A stretch of 47,026 nucleotides of DNA, taken from positions 128,001 to 175,026 of IMG/VR virus record IMGVR_UViG_3300021256_000003; one strand, 5' to 3'. The notes under the pieces were generated by a model that saw nothing but the letters and a program-made list of their open reading frames with translations, had not been told where the DNA came from and ran no database searches. This document shows positions 1 through 13,256 of this stretch, piece by piece. A program made the translations under genes and the position numbers. The stretch is from a virus. Lineage: Duplodnaviria > Heunggongvirae > Uroviricota > Caudoviricetes. The number at the start of each line of letters is the position of its first letter. Positions within the stretch are counted from its first letter, which is position 1.

Positions 1-1220
1 CCAGCATTGCCTAATCTGATAAGTTTATCTGATTTGGCACTCCCAGGATATTCTGAAGAATTGTCAGAAAACGTTTGTCTTAAATACTCATTTCTCGAAT
101 CAACCTAACTCTCAGTTAATTGTGGAATATAGTCGGATCTTAATACTCCTTTATATAAAGCAATATTACCTAATATACCTCGCCCACTAAATTTTATAAC
201 CTGAGTTCCATCTTGAATTGTAAAAGTTTGTCTATAATTTGCATATTCAGTTCCTAAAGTTAAAGTAACTGTATATCCACAAATAATAATTGTCAAAGTA
301 CTTTCAGAACTTCCATTAGGAGCTTTAGCTGTAATATTTAACGTAACTTCTTCACCAATATTTAATGTTTTGTCAATCGTTTGATTTAAAAATCCCTAAG
401 TACTTAAATGACATCCGAAACCAGTAATGAATACAGGATTCCTAATAATTTCACAGTTCGAGTAATTCCATTTATTGAAATTAGAATAGATTGGCAGGCT
501 ATCTTCTGTTAAAGAAGTGCTAGATGAAAATTCATTTACTTTATCCTATCCGCTAAATCCTCCGTTAGCAACATAATTATAATGCCCAGCTAGAGAGTCT
601 TCCTGAACAATTTTAACTAATGCAGTTTTTGCTTCAGGAGTAAGTGCTTCAATAATTGTAATATCTTTACGTAATGTAAATACATAAGATGCGATAGTTG
701 CTCCTGTACTATCTATTGCTTTAATAGTAAAGATATTGTTTCCTAATAAACTTAAATCAGAAAATCCTGAAATTGTAAAATCTTGAGTTACATCAGTATG
801 ACTAGCATTCCATTCAACATCTTCCATGTTATTAACTGAAATGCGCTCAAGTTTCCATTTAGATACTAGGTCATTATTATTAATCTCTCCGCGATATAAA
901 TCACAATGCAATGATAATATTTCTGCCGAACTCAACTGAGTGATTCCTTTTGTATCTACACGAATTTCATAATTATGTGAACTCTCTCCGTAGATACATT
1001 TCCAATTATATATACTACGTGTATCAGTTGCATCAATTAACATCCAAAGTTCGTTAGTATTAGCAACTTTAACAATCATAGTATTATACACGAATCGCTC
1101 CCAATTCATTGTCCATAAATCATCTCTTGATTGGACAACATCACGGTCATCTAACGGAGCAGCTTTAGCTAGTTTAAAGTTAGAAGTTCTATTAAATGTA
1201 CCTGTATATAATTTACCCAT
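1..1220 (-). CDS. Putative virion/tail protein, TAG=Gln recoded, runs off the window edge
   Basis: ORF fragments 546..1220 and 105..296 are in one frame, joined only across TAG codons; no TAA/TGA before the edge. Confidence 0.75.
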
Positions 1221-1221
1221 A

Positions 1222-2334
1222 TTACCAGCTTATTTGTACAGTTGTATCCCCTCTATATTGATCTCCGTAGGTGTAGCGTATATAATTACCCTATACTCCA
1301 TTTACATATACCTATTCAGGAGTACCTGCGAACCAAGTAGTATTGGATGCTGTAAAAGCTTGCTAGTCTTCATTCCATTCTAAAATTCTTGGGCGAGTAG
1401 TAGTTGGAATTAAAAACTATTGTTCAGAACTTCCTGATAATAAAGTAAATGTATAAGTATTATTTGACTATAAAGCCTATTTAGTTAATCCCGTGCCATT
1501 ATCGCTTTGAGTAAGTGAAGTATAAGCGAATATTGGAAATTTTACATTTACAACTACTGTTGGAGTCGACATAATTCCCGAGGGAATAGTATAAGTAGAT
1601 TCCGTACCAAAATTACTAACAACAGTAAATGAAGCAGAAGGATAACTTATTCTGGCATAATGTCTATACTATTTAGCTTGTAAATAAGTTACTAAATCGG
1701 GATTAGTTATAGTTGTACCTGTACTATCTGTTGAACTAAATAGAATGTCATCAATATAGTATATAATCTAAGATGCTGTTACCCAACTTGCATTTCTACT
1801 AGGCTAGAAATAAACATAACCTGCTGTAATTGTTGAACCCACTTCTACTGTTGTTTCTAATTGAGTTAATCCAACAGTATGATGTGTTTCAACACCAGGC
1901 CATTGTTCTTTAAACAATAACTTATCGAGTAATTCTGAAATCTACGTACCAGTTAATTCTCTAACTGTAGTTCCTTGCGGAATATTACCTACTGCAGCAG
2001 GCATATAAGCGGATGACGGTAGGGAAGATTGATAATTAGATGAACTTTTAAATAAATTTATCAAATCTCCCTACTCATCAATATCGCCATTAATATTTCC
2101 CCAGTTTAATGCATCAGTTTCAGCAATACCTAAGTTAGCTCTAGCAGCTTTACGTTTAGTTTCAGTATCAATTTCTGCGAGATATCTGTCACTACGAAGA
2201 TATTTTTCTGCATTAGTTTTTTCAATATAGATGTCTACTGGGTAATCAGTGTTTGGAGAATAACCCTCATCCTAGTTCTATTTATAAACACGGATATTAT
2301 TATTTGTCTTATGCTAAATATAAATTTCAGACAT
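1222..2334 (-). CDS. Putative virion/tail protein (370 aa, TAG=Gln)
   Basis: ATG 2334 (MSEIYI*HK...ARANLGIAETDALNWGNINGDIDE*GDL) to TAA 1222, length divisible by 3; middle not fully translated by hand; missing from the code-11 track. Confidence 0.75.
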
Positions 2335-2506
2335 GATACATTAAATGTTCGTAAATAGTATTATTTGAAGGGATTTCTTGATATATATCTATTAAATTAA
2401 TTAGATTTAGTATATGCTCATATTCAGCTTTATAGCCTTTTTGTAGTCTTTTTAAAAATATACTAAAATCATTAATGACTTTGTTTTTTGCTGCAACCAC
2501 ATCCAT
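2327..2506 (-). CDS. Small hypothetical protein (MDVVAAKNKVIND..., 59 aa)
   Basis: C-terminal part of ORF 2327..2587; overlaps both neighbours in operon style. Confidence 0.6.
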   Translation of the reverse strand: MDVVAAKNKVINDFSIFLKRLQKGYKAEYEHILNLINLIDIYQEIPSNNTIYEHLMYHV

Positions 2507-3272
2507 AATGCTTACTAGGTTCTGTAAAATCACCGCATAAACCTCCACATTTTGTAAATTCTTCATACAATAATTGAGCTTCATCATAATGATTTAAATC
2601 AATTTGATATTGTATAACGGTATACGCCATGTGAATTAAATCTCGTCTAAACTTCAAATCTGCATCCTCTTTACAATTTAAATTATTAGCTAAAGCTTTA
2701 TAACTCGTTTGAACATAACATTTTCTCAAGTTATTTGTTATGAATAAGTGGAGAATGTCCATATCCTCTGGAATATTTGGATTGGAAAGGCTTTTCCAAC
2801 TTTCTGACATTGCTTGAAACGATTCAAAGTCAAAGTCACTTATTTCATAAGATACAGTTCTCTGTAAACTAACTGTTTCATCGTAAATTACTTTAATTAT
2901 CTTATTTTCATTTAAATCATAATATAGATAAGAAGTATTTAGTAATTGATTAGCAACTGCCCCACTTTCTATCCAAGCATTAGTCGGAAGAATTAGATGA
3001 TAGATTATAATGTGTCCATCTTCAGTAAGGGGAATTTCTATAATCGAGTCCTTGCATTCCGCTGTTCTTGTGGTTAATTTAGATGATAGAATAGTTTTAG
3101 ATGCACTCGTCTATAAAAATAGAGCATCTATAATTACAGAATCACTATATTTAACTTTTAAACTTGATGTAGAATACGCACTTTCTTCATTTAGATAATT
3201 AGTAGAATTGTAAGGCTCTACTAAAGTTAAAGTATCTATACTTGTTGAATACTATAAGGTAGCTAAATCCAT
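2472..3272 (-). CDS. Structural-module protein (266 aa, TAG=Gln), C-terminal CGC motif
   Basis: ATG 3272 in frame with ORF 2472..2810 across TAGs. Confidence 0.75.
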
Positions 3273-3460
3273 AGAATAGTGTATTTGCTGTTACAATTTA
3301 TATATTAATTAAAAATCTACTTCTATTATTCTTATTATTTAATATATACTTTTTATTTATAAATTAAAAATAAAATATGACATTCTTAAATTATAATAAA
3401 TTTATATAATAAATAATAATCTAGTTGTGCTTTTAAGCGTATTAATTACTTCAATTCTGT

Positions 3461-4978
3461 TTAGGACTTAATAAAAATCGTTGAACTTGAACACTGTCCT
3501 GTAGGAGCATTGTAAGATTTACCAGACATACACTAACCACTTGCTGCCTATTGAGCGATATATCCAACCTGATCCATTCCGGGAATCATCTCATCTACTG
3601 TCATGTATGTTTCAACTCCATCGACGGTCTTAGTTACACACCCAACACTCTTTCTGAGAATACGTTTGCCAGTATCACTATCCGCCCATGCTGTAAATGA
3701 AGTTTCATTAAATCCAGAGCCAGCAATTCCAGTACTAGCATAAGCTGCTACGACACGAGAAAGTACTCCATTTTCTTCAAGTCCAACTTTACTTTGAAGT
3801 ACTTCTTCAATTGATTTATTTGCTCCTTCAGTTCCAGCAATAGCTACTTTAAATTTAGTAAGTCCAGTTTTTTCCATATAAGTATCAGCAGTAATTACTG
3901 TACCATTATCAGTTCCGAATAAAATTTCATTCAAACGAGATTTTGCAGTACGATTAACACCATCGAATGAAATATTGGTAGTATCGTCTGATAATTTATT
4001 TAAAATAGTTTTAGCATCTAATCGACTAGAAATATAAGAACTAGGATTAGTCACAAATTCGTCACAAGTTGTTACTTTTCCTTCTAAACTAGTTAATTTT
4101 GTAGAAAGATTAATACGATCGGTTGAACCCCAACCATTTTGAGAAAGAGCTTGCTGTAATTTTGTATTAAAAGCATTTCCAGTAAACTATGTGGTTAAAT
4201 TATTAATACTATTCCATTTATCCCTATCTAAGCCCCAAGCAGTAAATTCTGCTCCCACTTTTGTATTTACAGCTGTACTCACATCTTCTTCAACAGCATC
4301 TTTAACATTTTGAACTGCTTCATCAAATTGATTATTTAAATTAGTAATAGCAGTATTTAATTGTGAAATTTTATTATCACAACTCTGATCAACAGAATTT
4401 AATAAAATTTTGAATTTTGCAATTAATGCTTCGCCTTCAGATAAAGATGGATCGTATTTAAAATAAGATAAACTTGGATAAGCTTTATACCAATCTCTTG
4501 TTTTACTTACTTCTATTTTAATACACCAGATTGCTGGTTCTTCAAATCCGGATGAAATGCCTTCCGATGCTGCTTTTTTCGATTCAAAAAACCAACCGTT
4601 ATTAGATAATACTTCTTCGTCAAGTAGGATTCCTTTATTTGTAAAAAGTTTTTCAAAATTTGCACCAACAGCATCATTTTGCGTTGGATATGTATCTTCA
4701 TCTTTTGTATATGTATATAACTATATAGTAAAATGTTCTGTTGATGTTTGTCCCTATAATGTTCTAAGACGACTTTTAAGATTACTTACAGTATTAGTTA
4801 AATTAGTTACCTGATTCTCTAAATTATTAATTCTAGTAAATAATCTTCCTAGTAAACTTACTAATTCCTCATTAGGAGACCCTCCACCAATAGACTAATT
4901 ATCTGAGTGAATTGCTTGAATTGCAGTTATTGGAAATACTATATCTGCTCCGGCAGATAATTGTTCATATTGTGCCAT
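3461..4978 (-). CDS. Putative virion protein with coiled-coil segments (505 aa, TAG=Gln)
   Basis: ATG overlaps portal TAA (TAATG); includes ORF 3548..4054; ends TAA 3461. Confidence 0.75.
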
Positions 4979-7146
4979 TATTTATCAAAATTTACTTTAT
5001 CGTTATAAGGATTACCATCATTCAATTGCATTGCTTCAATTGTAACTTTACGTTTCTCAACATCATACCAATTTTCTCTATAAGTACGTTCAGTTTGAGC
5101 TTTGAAATTGTCAACCTAAAATTCTAATTGAATCTTACGTTGTTCAAGTTCAAGACGTTTTTCATCAAGAGCTTTAATTTGTTGCTGAGCTTTCTCTAAT
5201 TCTTTAGAAAGTTGTTGAGCCTATTTTGTACTTTCTTCGACTTGCTATTGAAGTTTTTGAATAATGTTATTTTCGTCTTTTTGCTGTTTGATAGCTTTTC
5301 GTACTTTATATCTTAAATCGGCATAACCTTGGGCGCTCAAACATTCAATGATTGCTTCAGGTGGCATAACTCCGCCTTTTACTAACTCAGGAATTATTGC
5401 CTTAGTACGTTCCATTTCTTCCATAATCTAGGAACTACTAATAATATGTATATCAAAATCAGTTAAGGTAAAATGTTGAGGCAATGCTGTGAAAATCTTC
5501 TATTGATATTCTCCTAAAATAATTGTACCAGTTAATCCTTTTCTCCAAGTATATTTTGCCTAATTTAATCCATCCATTAATAATTCACAGATGATTAAAT
5601 CCATTTGCTAAAATATATGTTTAGTAACAATAAATGAATTAGTAACACCTTGTTTAATGTTTGATACAGCATCACGTTGTTCAATACCATTTAAACGTTC
5701 TCTAAATACTCCAGTAATTGATGACACTGTAGCTTCTACAGAATCAATAGCCATTTGAATAGCTTGAATGGCCTGTACTGCTACTGTATCATCATATCCA
5801 TTGAAAATAGTATTTAACGGTGCAGTGCCATTTTCATTTCTTCCCTCTTGAGATGTATCAATAATTAAATCACCAGCTTTACGATATGCTTGCCACTTAG
5901 CAATACGTTCTGCCCATTCTCCTCCAAGAAATGTTGGAATTAAACTAAAATCAATAATTTGTCCCTTAACACCACTATTAGCAATAATAGTATCTCGATA
6001 ATAATTTAATATATCATATTTGTCTTGTAGAGCGACACATGCTAGAACTAGAGAATATGGTTTATTACTTCTATTATAAAAGATTACTCCATTTACACTT
6101 AATCCGCATCGAGTGGGATTATCCTAACTTCTTATAACTGTTTCATCTATTCCTTTAGTAATGAAAATATCACCATTGATACGAATTGTTTTATAACGCT
6201 ACATTACAAAATTTTCATCAACTTCAATCCATTCAACTTCGTAAACAGGGAAGAGATTTTTATTCTAAGCACGTTTATCAATATTAGGATCATCTTGAGT
6301 AATTCTAGACGCAGAAATTGTAAATTTTTCAGTGCCTGGGATGTATCCATAATGGCTATTATCACTAAACGGTACTAAATTATCACGGATTACTTTAACT
6401 TCGTCCTTAGTTAAATCATGACCATATTTATTTAATATCTAATTTACTGTGTACCATTTTCGCACTACTACTCTTGATGCATCCTTAACATAAATTGAAT
6501 CGGGATTCATATCAGGAAAAACGTCTTTAGTATTCAATACTTCAAAATTAATATTAGTTCCACTAGGAGTTTCCCCTGTTTGATAATAAGTCTCTCCACT
6601 AATTAATAAATCCAAAAGAAGTTGTCTTTTTTTAGTCTCAAAATCAGTAGAACGTGATTGCATGATATATTGTACTACATTCTATGCAGCAATTTCATAA
6701 TCGGATACAAATGATTGATTTAAATCATCAACAACTTTATCAAGCTATTCTTGAATAAACTCATCAGATGTACTTTTTCCAGTAATCATTCTAATCACAA
6801 AATTATTTAAATGATTACTAAGATGACGATTAATTGCTGCTTTTATCTATAATTGTTTATCCCTATGAATATTACTTATAGTAGCTGCGTCTTTACAACT
6901 AATTTTAGGTAACGTAGGGAATCCTAAATATTCACCAACTAACGCATCTACATGCTTTTTAATAAGCGGTGTAAACTCTACTGAAGTTGGATTTCCTATT
7001 CCAAAGTTCTCTTCCAAATACTTATATTGTTCTTTATCACGTATTCCAGCGTAATAATTATATGCTTTGGTAAGATGTTCTTTTTCGACGACTAATTCAG
7101 CAATTGCCTCATTAGTCTTATCAATCATTTGTTGTTTAGTCAGCAT
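4978..7146 (-). CDS. Portal protein (722 aa, TAG=Gln)
   Basis: Fragments 6847..7146 and 6439..6663 in frame; YNYYAG...TPLIKKHVDALVGEY N-terminus, size, C-terminal coiled coil and position downstream of TerL fit crAss-like portals. Confidence 0.85.
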
Positions 7147-7430
7147 TATAATATAAATCGATTTTGTCTGAATACTGTTGTATTTCGTTCAACTGAATGT
7201 CTTTTTGCTATAAGAAATGCAGCATGACGTAATTCTTCAGTCAAATGCTAAATAACTTTATCATCAGACATTGTAAATGTATATGAATAAGGTCTATCCT
7301 ATATTGTTTCAAATTTTATAGTATATCCTTCAGGCTATTCATCTTTAATTTCAATCTTTCCAAGAAATTCTTTACCATGTAATTCCCGGATTAAGTCTTG
7401 GATCACTGCTTTCAATTCTGTATGGGTCAT
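7146..7430 (-). CDS. Small hypothetical protein between TerL and portal (94 aa, 3 TAG)
   Basis: MTHTELKAVIQDLIRELHGKEFLGKIEI...; stop overlaps portal ATG. Confidence 0.7.
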
Positions 7431-9768
7431 AAGCTTTTCTTTCATCAGGAAATTGTGAAAATTTTATTTGAGGCTTTAAATCTTTTGGAATAACTCCATG
7501 ATGTTTATAACCTTTTTCATCTGTCCACCATCCATAATCTTGAAACTTTACGGACTAGTCTTCAACTTTAGAAGGTACTCTGGCATTTAATTCCTAGTCA
7601 GCTAACATTACCATACCAAGTGCAGCTATAATATCAAACTTACGTTTGTTCTCGTCATTATATCGTTCTAACTCATCGAGGACTTCTTCAAACCAGATAT
7701 TATGACAATAATCTTCTACGTAAGACTATATTAAATCTGTTTGCATTTCAATAATAGCTGCGGTTGCTGGTGTGCCATAAGCCTTTGTACTACCTGTTCT
7801 TATATCAGCAAGAGTAGCTCTAGGTCGTTTCATGAAATATCTCATTTGGCCAGCAGTTTTCACCCAGTTTAAAAAACCTACACGAGTTGCTTCTACATTA
7901 ACCTTCGCATTATAATATTTGATTAACATTAATGCAATTTTATAAGCAGTATTAATCTCGTTAGGTCGGTCTTTATACATAGCGACAATTGTAGGTTCAT
8001 GAGATCCCATCGCTCGTTTCATAATAACAATACAGAAATCAGATGGATCTTTAGTTTGTGTCGAAGTTTGGGCTTTTCCAATATCGATACCATCAACTCC
8101 TGCAATATACAAATCCTACATTTCTGAATAAGTAACAATTTCATCAGGAATTCTATCCGGATTTTTCTTCTAATCATTTTCAATCTAACTACGATAAAGA
8201 GGAGTCCATAATGGATGTTCAAGAATTTGTAATTTACTATTATTATCAGGTTTCCAGCTAAACCCCATTATTTTATCGATATTTCTAGAGTCGTCACTAA
8301 AAATATAAGACAATGTTCCTCTTTGTGGTCTAGGCCCGATTTTATGAAGACGAATATTAGCTAATTGTTCAGCAATTAAAACTTTATTAAATTTATTCTC
8401 TCCTTCCATCGCAAACGCTTCCTCAGCTGTCCAACAATACTCAGCACAGTGAATAAGATAAGCTGAAGGATTAGCCAATTTTAGGTCTCTTGCTTTTTGT
8501 AAAATTGCTTTAGATGCTTCTGGCTCACAGTATCCTCTAGCATCCATTGTTTCATAGATTTGCGAATATGCAGGTAAGAAAAATCCTGTTTCAACATATT
8601 CGCCACTAGATGTACAATTATGTCTATAGGGCATGACTTCATAAGCTCGAGGATCATAATAAATATGTCTTAACCCTTCGAGATTTGGACCTTTATCACC
8701 ACCAGTTCCTCCAAATACACCTAATCCGAACTTGTTTCCATTAATTGTTAAAAGAGCTTCGCCTTGGATAACCGCTTTTTCTAACAAAGGCCATGATCCA
8801 GCCTCATCATATATTAGTAAGTCGGCACGGTCACCTCTAATCTTCTGAGGATCATCTGCTACAATTCCTTGTACAGTAGATTGCCATCCTGACTAAACTT
8901 TTGTACCTTCTTGCATAATAAATTCACCAGAGGTTTTTTCCATAGTGGTATTTCTAATTTGTTTATTTTTACTCATACCACCTTGAGTATTTTTATCCAA
9001 GAAAGCCATCGCGTGCCATACCTTTTTTAAAGTTCTATCTACTTTACCAGCATCATAGCAAGTAATAATAGACATACTTTCTCTAATAATAGTAAATTCA
9101 CAAGTTGCTGCTGATGCCATACATTCGGAAAAACCAAGACCTCTAGCTTTCATTAGTGATGCATTCTTTCTCTTCTTTTTACAGAAGTCTAAATAATGCC
9201 ACCACATATATTGAGCCACTGTAAAATCAGGAAAACCTTCAGGACGTCCCGATCCAGCTTCTTTTACTTTATTAATTAACGGAAGTGTATAATAATTTAA
9301 AAAGAAATAATGAAATCCAGTCAGAGTATAACCATGAGAGGTATAACCGTCTCTACAACGTCTATATTCTTCTGTCCAGAATTCCCTAAATTTTTTACTA
9401 CCAAAAAGATACGCACAATACTTTCCAGTTTTTTCGTAAGTATCTCTAGCTTCCATAAACCATTTTGGATTAAAATCTAAACTACGTTTATCAGTAATAG
9501 GTTTATATCCTGTAAGCTCATAAGAAAGGGATGCGTCAAAATAATCAATATCGCTATTTTTAGGAACGTCCCATCTAAACTACTATTGTGCTTCTTTTAA
9601 TTTTGTTTCTTCTATTTTTATATCTTCTTTAAGCTCAGTAATTATATCAGAAGGAGTTTCTTTAACCTCTGGCACAGTAGCTTTAGAAGTTGCAGCTTTT
9701 TTAGCAAGACTACTTTTAATTGTCTTAACTGCTGTCTTATGTTGTTTTACAATTTTACTATTTGCCAT
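7372..9768 (-). CDS. terL: Terminase large subunit (798 aa, TAG=Gln)
   Basis: Four code-11 fragments join in frame over about 9 TAGs; Walker A-like KARGLGFS, Walker B LLIYDEAG, coupling GGTGG, RNase H-like YIAGVDGID and KFDIIAALGM. Confidence 0.93.
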
Positions 9769-9770
9769 AA

Positions 9771-10331
9771 TTAAAACTCTCCTGGGTCAAAGTCTTCTTC
9801 AGCACCAGCACGTAATGTTGACTTAGCCTGAAGGTCTCTTTGTATAACAGCTCTCAACTCTTTGAGCGTTTCATGTACTTTACTTACATTACTTAATTCA
9901 GTAATTACATCCTTAGCTTTAAAGATTGGGGTACCATCCTCCTTCCTATCATTAAAATCTACAATAATATTAAAGTAGTCTATTAATTTACTAGCTGCAT
10001 TTTCAGCTGCTTGTAGCAATTGATAAGAAGTATTCGATTCTTGTAATTTCTTGTATTTTCTACATGCCTCTCGAAATATAGGATCATTAAATTCTTCTTC
10101 AGTTAAAGAAGCGTCATTAAGTGCTTCCTAATGACGCTCCTATTCCGCATATTGATTATAAGGACTTTTCCAATCCAATGCTAAGTATATATAAGTAAAT
10201 TCTCTGAATAATCGTTTCTTTTCTTTTGTTTTATCCCTTTCAAGTAAATTCCTAAATTCGGTTACTAAAAGGATTTCTGGCTCATTAAGTTCTATTCTGT
10301 TATTTACATTATCATATACAAACACATTCAT
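9771..10331 (-). CDS. Protein directly upstream of TerL, possible small terminase subunit (186 aa, 2 TAG)
   Basis: ORFs 10140..10331 and 9771..10019 join in frame; role inferred from position only. Confidence 0.65.
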
Positions 10332-10347
10332 ACCATTAAATAATTAA

Positions 10348-10827
10348 TTAGAGTATTCCTCCAAAATATCTTTTTGCAGCTTTCCCACCACACTTACATT
10401 CAGCCATAGGTTTTCCACATTTGGCGCAAGTTGCAGTTTTTCCTCCTTTTTTATCAAAGTAAGTAACTTCCTTATTTGATTTTTTAGCAGGTTCTTGGGT
10501 CTTTGCTTTTGGAGTTTCTTTTTTAACAACAGTTTTAGTAACATTACCTCCATTACGACGATATTCAACATCATAACCTTCAGGAACGCCTTTTATAAGA
10601 CTATCTAAATAATTAAGTTTTGCTCCATATTTAGCCATAGCTGTTTCATCCTCTCCCTCTTGAGCACGTTTAGCTAACTCTGAAAGAATAGGATAAGCTT
10701 TTAAAATAATATTAATCTGAGTTTGAGCTTCTTTAGCAGTTTTCTCGTCTTCGCTGTTAGCTGCTTTTACTAGTTGTTGCACATAAGCAACCATCTGTTT
10801 GTCTTGTTGTGTATTTTGAGTTGCCAT
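10348..10827 (-). CDS. Hypothetical Lys-rich protein with several xGG motifs
   Basis: Intact 159 aa ORF in the late operon. Confidence 0.75.
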   Translation of the reverse strand: MATQNTQQDKQMVAYVQQLVKAANSEDEKTAKEAQTQINIILKAYPILSELAKRAQEGEDETAMAKYGAKLNYLDSLIKGVPEGYDVEYRRNGGNVTKTVVKKETPKAKTQEPAKKSNKEVTYFDKKGGKTATCAKCGKPMAECKCGGKAAKRYFGGIL

Positions 10828-10836
10828 ATTTAATTA

Positions 10837-12006
10837 TTAAAGTGTATCCGTTTTAAATTGCGATTGATATTGCAATAAAGAATCATAATCGTGCATAATT
10901 TGATCTATTGATAGAGGTGCGACTGTATCCTATGTGACAGAATTTCCATTTAACTATTGAAGAGTTTGTTCTGCAGCTGACGAAGGATTACCCAATCTTT
11001 CATTTGCTTCTTGGTTATTTCTTTTGATAGAGCGAATTGCATTTATTCCAAAAATAGGTGCAGTTATAAAGCCAATAGTTCTGATAGGATGATTCGTCAT
11101 TTGTTTACCTAACCATTTCGATAATTTATTCGGTTCTTTAGGATTTTTCGGTTCCTGTGAATTATTAGGCTGTTCTGGTTCAGGCTATGAATTAACAGGA
11201 GCTGCTTCCTCTTCATTAGCTTGAGCCATAGCATCTGCCTAGACTTGACGACGATCCGCGACATTTTCTGCATTCATAGTTCTATCATACAAGAGTTTTC
11301 CTAGTAATGTATTAGCGCCTAAAGTTGTCATTAATCCAGGAGTGTTTACACTAATTGAAGGAATAGCAACTGCAGTTCCATTAGCTGTTAAAGCTATTCT
11401 AGTACCTGAAGAAATGGGTTGCGAACTAAAATACTGTATTGATGCTGGTATGTTTGTCTAACTAGAACCAAGAGTACGAGTAACCTAACTAGTAACACCC
11501 GAGCCTGCTCCTAAACCACTCGCGGCTAATAAAAATGGAGCAACCGCAGCAGCATCCATTCCATACATAATTCCTTTATAATTTGGTCTTTCCTATACTC
11601 TTCTTATAAAGTTTCTTTCAGATTCAGTGTAATTCTCTGGTATCCCATAAATATCCCTCAGAGGTTCGTTTCTTTGATTAGAATTTCGTCTAGCTGTTAC
11701 TGTAACAGCAGGAAGACTAATTCTTCCTTCAGAGTCTCTAGCTCCTGGAGTTTCCCAGGCTTTTACATCTGAATTAACTTGTTGCCACTATTTTCCTGCT
11801 TGATTGTATCTAGCATCTGTTGAAACATTTGTATAGTATCGAGACATATCGTCCGTCCATTCGATTTCTCCGTTTTGCCAACGTTTCATGTCAGATAAAA
11901 ACTGAGCATCTAAGGCATTACTTGCATTTGGAATTCCTTGATAAGAAGTTCTACCTCCAACCTGATAACGTCTGATACCATTAGAAAAATATTGTATATT
12001 ATTCAT
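10837..12006 (-). CDS. Putative virion cargo protein (389 aa, TAG=Gln) with hydrophobic segments
   Basis: Starts MNNIQYFSNGIRRYQVGG; start and TAA 10837 in the same frame. Confidence 0.7.
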
Positions 12007-12236
12007 TATTTAACAAGTGTTAAATCTTTTGTACTCCAAGTAGCTTCTTGAAGTTTTCCATCGTTTGAAAACCAGCGACATCTAATTCCACGAAGCTAAG
12101 TATTGGAATATTCATCTTTGTAAAAATTTGTTTCCTTTCTCACCACAATCATAATAGGTTTGTTAGGAACATCTTTGTTTAGAGTTACGACATCTCCAGG
12201 TCTGAAGAATGTCTTATCATCATAGTTTGTTTCCAT
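12006..12236 (-). CDS. YodC/DUF2158-like small protein (76 aa, 1 TAG)
   Basis: FRPGDVVTL...PIMIV...IRCRWF...GKLQEATW..KDL pattern. Confidence 0.65.
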
Positions 12237-12816
12237 TCTTAATGTTGTTTTTTCTATCTGTTAAACCTTCATTTATTACACACATAACACGTTGTTCGTG
12301 AACAAGACGAAATCCAGTATTATAGAATGGAACAGTTATATCAGCTTTTGTGGGATACATAATTAAGTCACCAGGTTTAACAAATTCACAAGTAGGACCA
12401 ACCTCTACAACACTAGCGACAGTTACAAAAGACTCTTCTTCGTGCCACTTTCCATCCTCTTCCGATTTATATTGAGGAGCAAATCCATTAGTAATAAGTA
12501 AACCACTATCAGTTTTCTTAATCCGTTGGAACGGATTTTCTTTAAAAGGTTCTACTAATATATATGCGTAGACAGGCATAATTTCAAGACCATTTAATTT
12601 ATCTGATACCTTTTCAGCAAACTCTTCCATTTGTTTAGAGTGTTCATCAAATCTTTTAGTAAAAGTATCAACTTGTTCATTAAATCTGTCTCTATCTTTT
12701 GCTTTCTTTTCATTCAATACTGTTTCTCCATTAGTACCTAAAATAATTTCAGCATTAGGATTTTCTTTAATTGCAAGTTTTTCTTGCTCACTTAACAAAC
12801 CATTTTTCATAATCAT
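12220..12816 (-). CDS. GroES/Cpn10-like co-chaperonin with N-terminal extension
   Basis: IMPVYAYILVEP...SGLLI...VVEVGPTCEFVKPGDLIMY...LVHEQRVMCVI. Confidence 0.75.
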   Translation of the reverse strand: MIMKNGLLSEQEKLAIKENPNAEIILGTNGETVLNEKKAKDRDRFNEQVDTFTKRFDEHSKQMEEFAEKVSDKLNGLEIMPVYAYILVEPFKENPFQRIKKTDSGLLITNGFAPQYKSEEDGKWHEEESFVTVASVVEVGPTCEFVKPGDLIMYPTKADITVPFYNTGFRLVHEQRVMCVINEGLTDRKNNIKNGNKL

Positions 12817-13067
12817 TAAAATTTATTCATTAAACATTTTTCATCTTTTACTCGTAACTTTGATTTAAGAGGACATCCACATAAACCACAAATCTCTCCA
12901 ATTGGCGTTCTTTCTAGATTAGAACATTTTTTGCAAATCTTATAACGTTGCTGATAATAATCTGGAGTAATTCCAAATAGACGTCGGAAATTACCAATTA
13001 CTATTTTAATAAAATGTTTAGAAAAGAAGGCCTTTATCCATTTAATTACCATTTCTTTGCCGGACAT
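12816..13067 (-). CDS. Small Cys-rich putative Zn-binding protein
   Basis: RYKICKKC...CGLCGC...K.R...EKC...KF; paralog of the upstream gene. Confidence 0.7.
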   Translation of the reverse strand: MSGKEMVIKWIKAFFSKHFIKIVIGNFRRLFGITPDYYQQRYKICKKCSNLERTPIGEICGLCGCPLKSKLRVKDEKCLMNKF

Positions 13068-13255
13068 GAATTTTCTTCTCTTTTAGTTTTATTAGGTAAA
13101 TAACAACCACATCCCTTAATTCTTCCTGGAGCAGGACTATTATGAGCTGTATTTGTTATAGGATCTATCCATAATTGTGCAGAACATACTTGTGTATTTA
13201 TATCATATATAGCACAGTTTTTACAAATTTTAAATCGTTCTTCAGCGAAACTCAT
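13046..13255 (-). CDS. Small Cys-rich putative Zn-binding protein
   Basis: RFKICKNC...GCGC.L..K.....CPAKKW. Confidence 0.7.
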   Translation of the reverse strand: MSFAEERFKICKNCAIYDINTQVCSAQLWIDPITNTAHNSPAPGRIKGCGCYLPNKTKREENSCPAKKW

Positions 13256-13256
13256 A

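Noticed and set aside
7372-9768. Intron or intein in TerL
   Set aside because: Continuous 798-aa frame with no insertion evident
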